64,000 nt of DNA from Phoronis australis. Lineage: Eukaryota; Animalia; Phoronida. Shown here piece by piece: positions 61,101 through 64,000 of this stretch (the stretch's first letter is position 1; each line of letters begins with the position of its first letter). The DNA is taken from positions 288,262 to 352,261 of the forward strand of contig NMRA01000211.1 of assembly GCA_002633005.1 (NCBI GenBank), in the 5' to 3' direction. The notes beneath the pieces were generated by a model. The model was not told the origin of the DNA. It saw nothing but the letters and a program-made list of their open reading frames with translations, and made no database searches. Position numbers and translations under genes: made by a program.

Positions 61101-63768
61101 TATTCTCCAATTTTGCAGACAGGTAAATTATAATTTTTTTGAAATTTCTCAACTACCACTTATAAAATTCTACCTCATTAAACTTGGCTTGAAAGGTACA
61201 GTTGATCAAGTCAAAGAACACTTCTTGGCAAAATTTTCGTTATTTACTGCGAGGTAGTCGGTTTTAGCAATCATGTAGACAAAATGGAAGCTTTTTCTTT
61301 CTTTTAGGAACAATTGGAGTGAATAATTAACACAATGGTCCACACTGACTGTCCTTACGCCATTTTGTACCCAGCTTTCTTATTAGCGTAATTAGGATCT
61401 ATCTTTGAAGCCTTGAAATGAATGGATAAAGCATCTCATTATAAATATCTTAGACAGTTCTCTGTGTACACTATATCTCATTGAAAACTATAAAAATTAT
61501 TTATCTGGTGTTAGTTTACTTAGTGAATTATCTTAATGCAGCAAATAAGTGACAAGTAAACGTCACTGTTCTTCGATATCTTCAGGAGCAACCGAGTACA
61601 AGTATAATCCTCTGATTAGAAAGTTTATTCAAATAATTGAAACTATTTGATCAGCTCACGAAAAGATAATTACAACAGGACAAAAATTGCTGTTTTAAGA
61701 CCAGCTTACACAATACTATTTTTTACTGGGATGTTGCACAATTTGCAATTTTTTTTGAGCTGTTGTGAACCATAACACCTGAAAGGATGTTATGGACAAC
61801 ATTGTGACAATGAAAACTGATATGATGTGCTCTGGCCTTTATCCTGCTTACCGTATTTTTTAGTCAATATGTACCTTTACAAAATATATATGTGGGTATC
61901 TCATTACAGTCAAGCTATAGTATAATAGGATGGTTCAGAATGACACAGTAGTACAAGAATCAATAAATCTATTACTGGACTTACGGTACGTGGAGATGGC
62001 TACGTTGCGTCCTCCTCTCGAGGACTTCATCAGGCCACTGCGTTGTCATGTGACTTGTCATGTGATCTGTCGTACAGTTTCCGCGGGATTCTCTTCAGCG
62101 CCCTATCCAACCAGCATTGGAGGTCCAGTTATGGGGATTGCTATGATTCTGCAGTTTTTAGTCACATGGCTTCCACAGACCACTCTTTTGCCATGGAAGC
62201 TGTGAAGATCCTGGATAAGGAAGAGAATTGGTTTCGGAGAGGGGTCAAAGAAGCTATCTACGAGAGAATTGAGAATCCTAGCCTCAATAGACAGGGAGGC
62301 TGCAGTTTCACTTACCTAGGACATGGGATAGGGCGCTGAAGAGAATCCCGCAGAAACTGTATGACAGATCACATGACAAGTCACGTGACAACTCAGTAGC
62401 CAGATGAAGTCCTCGAGAGGAGGACGCAACGTAGCCATCTCCACGTACCGTAAGTCCAGTTATAGATTTATTGATTCTTATACTATGACCCAACTGGATG
62501 ACTGAAAACATTCATCGTATGACACAGTAGTACTTGACTCTCGCCGCATATACCCACAATGATGTAACATGCGTTGAGCAGTTGTCTGGCCTCATTTTCT
62601 CTCCTTTGGAGTTTGTCACGTTATTTGTTGTTGCTTTGCTTTTTTCAAGTTTTTCTTAGTTGGATGAACTGTATTCAACCATCCAATGTTATCAACGTTT
62701 CTTGCTGTGCTGTGGGATGCAACTGCAACAGCAGAAAGTTGGTTTATCTTGAAAAGCACCAGTGAATACAATTTTGTCTGACATGATTCCTAAAACCAGC
62801 CAGAAATTTCTGATATGAGGCCAATATACGGCAGCCCATTTTTCTACCTCCATGACAAAAGAGATTTTTATTCATGACTGTCACTTACCTTAATTATCTG
62901 ATATGAAATAACTAAATGTTGCACTATTTTTGTAGTCTTGAAAACTAAGTTGCCAACACTTATTTGTAATTGATGAGATTTTATAATTAATAATATTAAG
63001 AAATGCCTGCTGGATATAGCAAAGCCCAACCTGTGAACTATTGTTTAGTGGAAGGCTCTTAGTTTCATAACCTGTTTGTCACCTTTGAACATGCTGCAGA
63101 TTTTGAAAGTTTGTTTTAGATTAAGTCTTTCATCACACTTAGTGACCCACAAAAAGACTTTATCATGTATCACTATGTAAATATAGGGGGCTTTACTCAA
63201 TTTTGGTTTGAACTATTTCAGGCTTATCACTACAGGTCAGTTGTCCACAGCATTTTAAAATGTTGAATAAATTTAATTTTTGCTTCTTTTCAGTTCTTGT
63301 GTTTTTGACGTTTTTGAGTTCACGCTACATGTAATTTATTTTTGTTTACTAAATTGTGTTTATTTATTTTTTATTTTCAGTTATTGCGATGTTCATACTT
63401 GGAGACAATCCTTGTACGACCCAAGTGCTAAGTCAGTATTTGCTGTAGAAGATCAACAGTTGGACCAAGAATCTGACGCAGACCAAGACGCAGGGGACAC
63501 AGATGATGAACTGATTCAGAGTTTCGGGGACGAACGTGACTTTCAAAAATTAATGGGGGATCATTCCGAGATAAGTCCTATAAAACCAACGGAAAACCCG
63601 AATTTCAACATCACTGCTGAAGTCAATATCATGGCATTATCTGAGAATAAAGAGAATGCCTCAGGGGAGCCTTGTGATGCGGACGGTGCCAGTAATGGCT
63701 CTGGAACAACAGGGGGCACTGATAAGACAGCCTCGAGTGGAAGCGGTGGCTCAGGTACTGACATCTAG
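21935..63768 (+). CDS. Uncharacterised NlpC/P60-superfamily (papain-like Cys-His) protein, 5 exons, ~385 aa
   Basis: Exons 21935-22159, 58661-58811, 59492-59695, 60024-60213 and 63381-63768 splice in frame (1158 nt). Motifs in canonical NlpC/P60 order: KYFGVPY, LDCCGLV, LPGDLVF, HVEVWLGDG. The link from exon 1 to exon 2 across 36.5 kb is inferred from phase 0/0 and a continuous charged helix (FLKYKKGRQ|DEIREARRMKE). Confidence 0.8.
24207..24612. mobile_element. MITE-like element with ~43-bp inverted repeats
   Basis: TAGGGACTCAACTAAGTTCCCTAAATC (to 24249) and GATTTAGGGAACTTAGTTGAGTCCCTA (from 24570) are perfect reverse complements, with weaker extension outward. Confidence 0.6.
28227..28746. 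mobile_element. Probable MITE with GGGGTACT...AGTACCCC termini and a nested fragment
   Basis: GGAGGGGTACTT at left and AAGTACCCCCC at right. The internal 28280-28500 block is rich in TTAAG/CTAAG motifs, suggesting a second element. Confidence 0.4.
30510..31690 (-). mobile_element. Decayed L1/Tx1-like retrotransposon 3' portion
   Basis: Minus-strand AATAAA with an A-rich tail near 30515-30530, a T-rich 3' UTR-like tract, and broken lysine-rich frames upstream (ORFs 30674-30883 and 31270-31671). No RT motif was seen. Confidence 0.35.
33662..34563. mobile_element. Non-autonomous Kolobok-type DNA transposon with ~310-bp inverted arms and transposase remnants
   Basis: TTAA on both sides (33658-33661, 34564-34567) and termini AGGC...GCCT. 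Arms 33662-33974 and 34258-34563 are inverted copies. The minus strand encodes a THAP-like start MPNCCCEPGCTHY (ATG 34298) and, after a frameshift, KFIVDLSKVLELFRRCQVC, resembling Kolobok transposases. Confidence 0.8.
34725..35236. mobile_element. MITE, probably PIF/Harbinger-type
   Basis: 16-bp terminal inverted repeats AAGGCCCTTTCATACT / AGTATGAAAGGGCCTT; repeated GTTAAC/TAACTT subterminal motifs; no clean TSD. Confidence 0.6.
43427..43509 (+). ncRNA. mir-8: pre-miR-8 (miR-8/miR-200/141 family microRNA hairpin)
   Basis: 3p arm 43477-43499 TAATACTGTCAGGTAAAGATGTC matches invertebrate miR-8-3p as recalled. The 5p arm 43439-43461 CGTCTTACCTGTACAGCATTAGG is complementary and resembles miR-8-5p. 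There is a 15-nt loop, a basal stem, and a CNNC motif (CAAC 43516-43519) about 17 nt downstream. Confidence 0.95.
47301..47508 (+). repeat. ~108-bp diverged tandem duplication
   Basis: GAAAACCAGAGGGAAAC(T/C)AGGCAAAAAA..GGAATTTTTG..GTGAGGAAATGTCAA..TTTTTGAAAAC occurs twice. Confidence 0.85.
51842..52343. mobile_element. Foldback/MITE with arrays of AAAACCA / TGGTTTT subrepeats
   Basis: Left ..GGAATCGACAATTAGTCGGACTTCAAACCAC..CAAAACCAGTCGGCTGGACTGCAAAACCAAATGGC is the inverted copy of right GCCATTAGGTTTTGCAGTCC..GTGGTTTTGAAGTCCAACCAATTGTTGATTCC. Confidence 0.65.
54940..55620 (+). mobile_element. Decayed non-LTR retrotransposon (LINE) 3' ORF remnant
   Basis: Frameshifted protein fragments typical of post-RT LINE C-termini: IQNRAIQYF.RVHKFTP, LWNSLICMSDNCLTKQIF, ISQFRCGVLLLKVEIG, RLCDFC. 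Confidence 0.65.
55891..56357 (+). repeat. 233-bp tandem duplication (2 near-identical copies)
   Basis: GCTCATTGGTAAAGAACTCAAATTTG.. begins at 55891 and 56124; this explains the twin ORFs 55978-56175 and 56211-56417. Confidence 0.95.
58661..58811 (+). CDS. NlpC/P60-like gene exon 2 (DEIREARR..LRMKFLDQVKKYFGVPYAKKYWCPE)
   Basis: acattttcag acceptor, G|GTAACT donor; N-terminal helix and G.PY motif of NlpC/P60. Confidence 0.85.
59492..59695 (+). CDS. NlpC/P60-like gene exon 3, with the catalytic Cys motif DCCGLV and PGDLVF
   Basis: tccttttttag acceptor, A|GTATGA donor; GAC TGC TGT GGG at 59521-59532. Confidence 0.88.
60024..60213 (+). CDS. NlpC/P60-like gene exon 4, with the catalytic His motif HVEVWLGDG
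   Basis: cactttttag acceptor, AG|GTTTGT donor; phases match the neighbouring exons. Confidence 0.88.
61955..62518 (+). mobile_element. Penelope-like element, 5'-truncated, with inverted pLTR and GIY-YIG C-terminal remnant
   Basis: 15-bp flanking direct repeat ATGACACAGTAGTAC (61940-61954, 62519-62533). ~154-bp inverted repeats (61955-62108, 62325-62480). Internal frame SAVFSHM..HSF..VKILDKEENWFRRGVKEAIY..PSLNRQGG is typical of PLE endonuclease ends. 3' tail ..CTGGATGACTGAAAACATTCATC. Confidence 0.88.
61997..62037 (-). ncRNA. Minimal type I hammerhead ribozyme-like motif (variant core) in Penelope pLTR
   Basis: Minus strand reads TGGC CTGATGA AGTCCTC GAGA GGAGGAC GCAAC GTA GCCA. This gives stem I, a CUGAUGA core, stem II, GCAA in place of GAAA, a palindromic ACGT stem III and a GUA cleavage triplet. 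A second, more mutated copy is at 62397-62437 (+). Confidence 0.7.
63381..63768 (+). CDS. NlpC/P60-like gene terminal exon (YCDVHTW.. then acidic/Gly-Ser-rich tail)
   Basis: Long pyrimidine tract ending ttttcag; phase 2 start fits exon 4; open to TAG at 63766-63768. Confidence 0.8.
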
Positions 63769-64000
63769 ATTTTTGTTGTATTTCAAATTGAGCCCTTGTT
63801 GTATTTAGTAATACAAAAATGTATATTCCTTTGTGGTCAGTATTAAAATGATATTAAATGTTGTTTTCGTGGTACCACTCAAAGTTAACTTCATCCCGTG
63901 ATATTGTTCAATTTTTTTATCTCTTGAAAGTTAAAGGCATTACTCATCTAAAAACCACGACATCTTCATTGTGTCACAAGAAGGGTATTGTGGTTTACAT

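Noticed and set aside
141-62765. Most 60-140 aa ORFs in the supplied track
   Set aside because: They have random-like composition, many use non-ATG starts, and they lack splice-compatible boundaries or motifs. They are intronic or antisense noise in a eukaryotic genome.

Overview
This is AT-rich, intron-rich animal genomic DNA, probably from a marine invertebrate bilaterian. It holds two divergently oriented spliced genes that the ORF track shows only in fragments. (1) On the minus strand, about 19 exons (ATG 16974 down to 502, continuing off the left edge) encode the N-terminal ~980 aa of a TP53BP1/53BP1 orthologue, recognised from short conserved motifs and the oligomerisation domain. (2) On the plus strand, a 5-exon gene (21935-63768, ~385 aa) encodes an uncharacterised NlpC/P60-type Cys-His protein. 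Its 36.5-kb first intron carries a sense-strand miR-8/miR-200-family precursor at 43427-43509. Mobile DNA includes a 516-bp TRIM whose LTRs contain a tRNA-like A/B-box segment (4-bp TSD GTAC), and a Penelope-like insertion with inverted pLTRs and variant hammerhead ribozyme cores. Also present are a Kolobok derivative built from two left ends, several MITE/foldback elements, LINE remnants and small tandem duplications. All calls were made by eye and from memory of family motifs; no searches were run.
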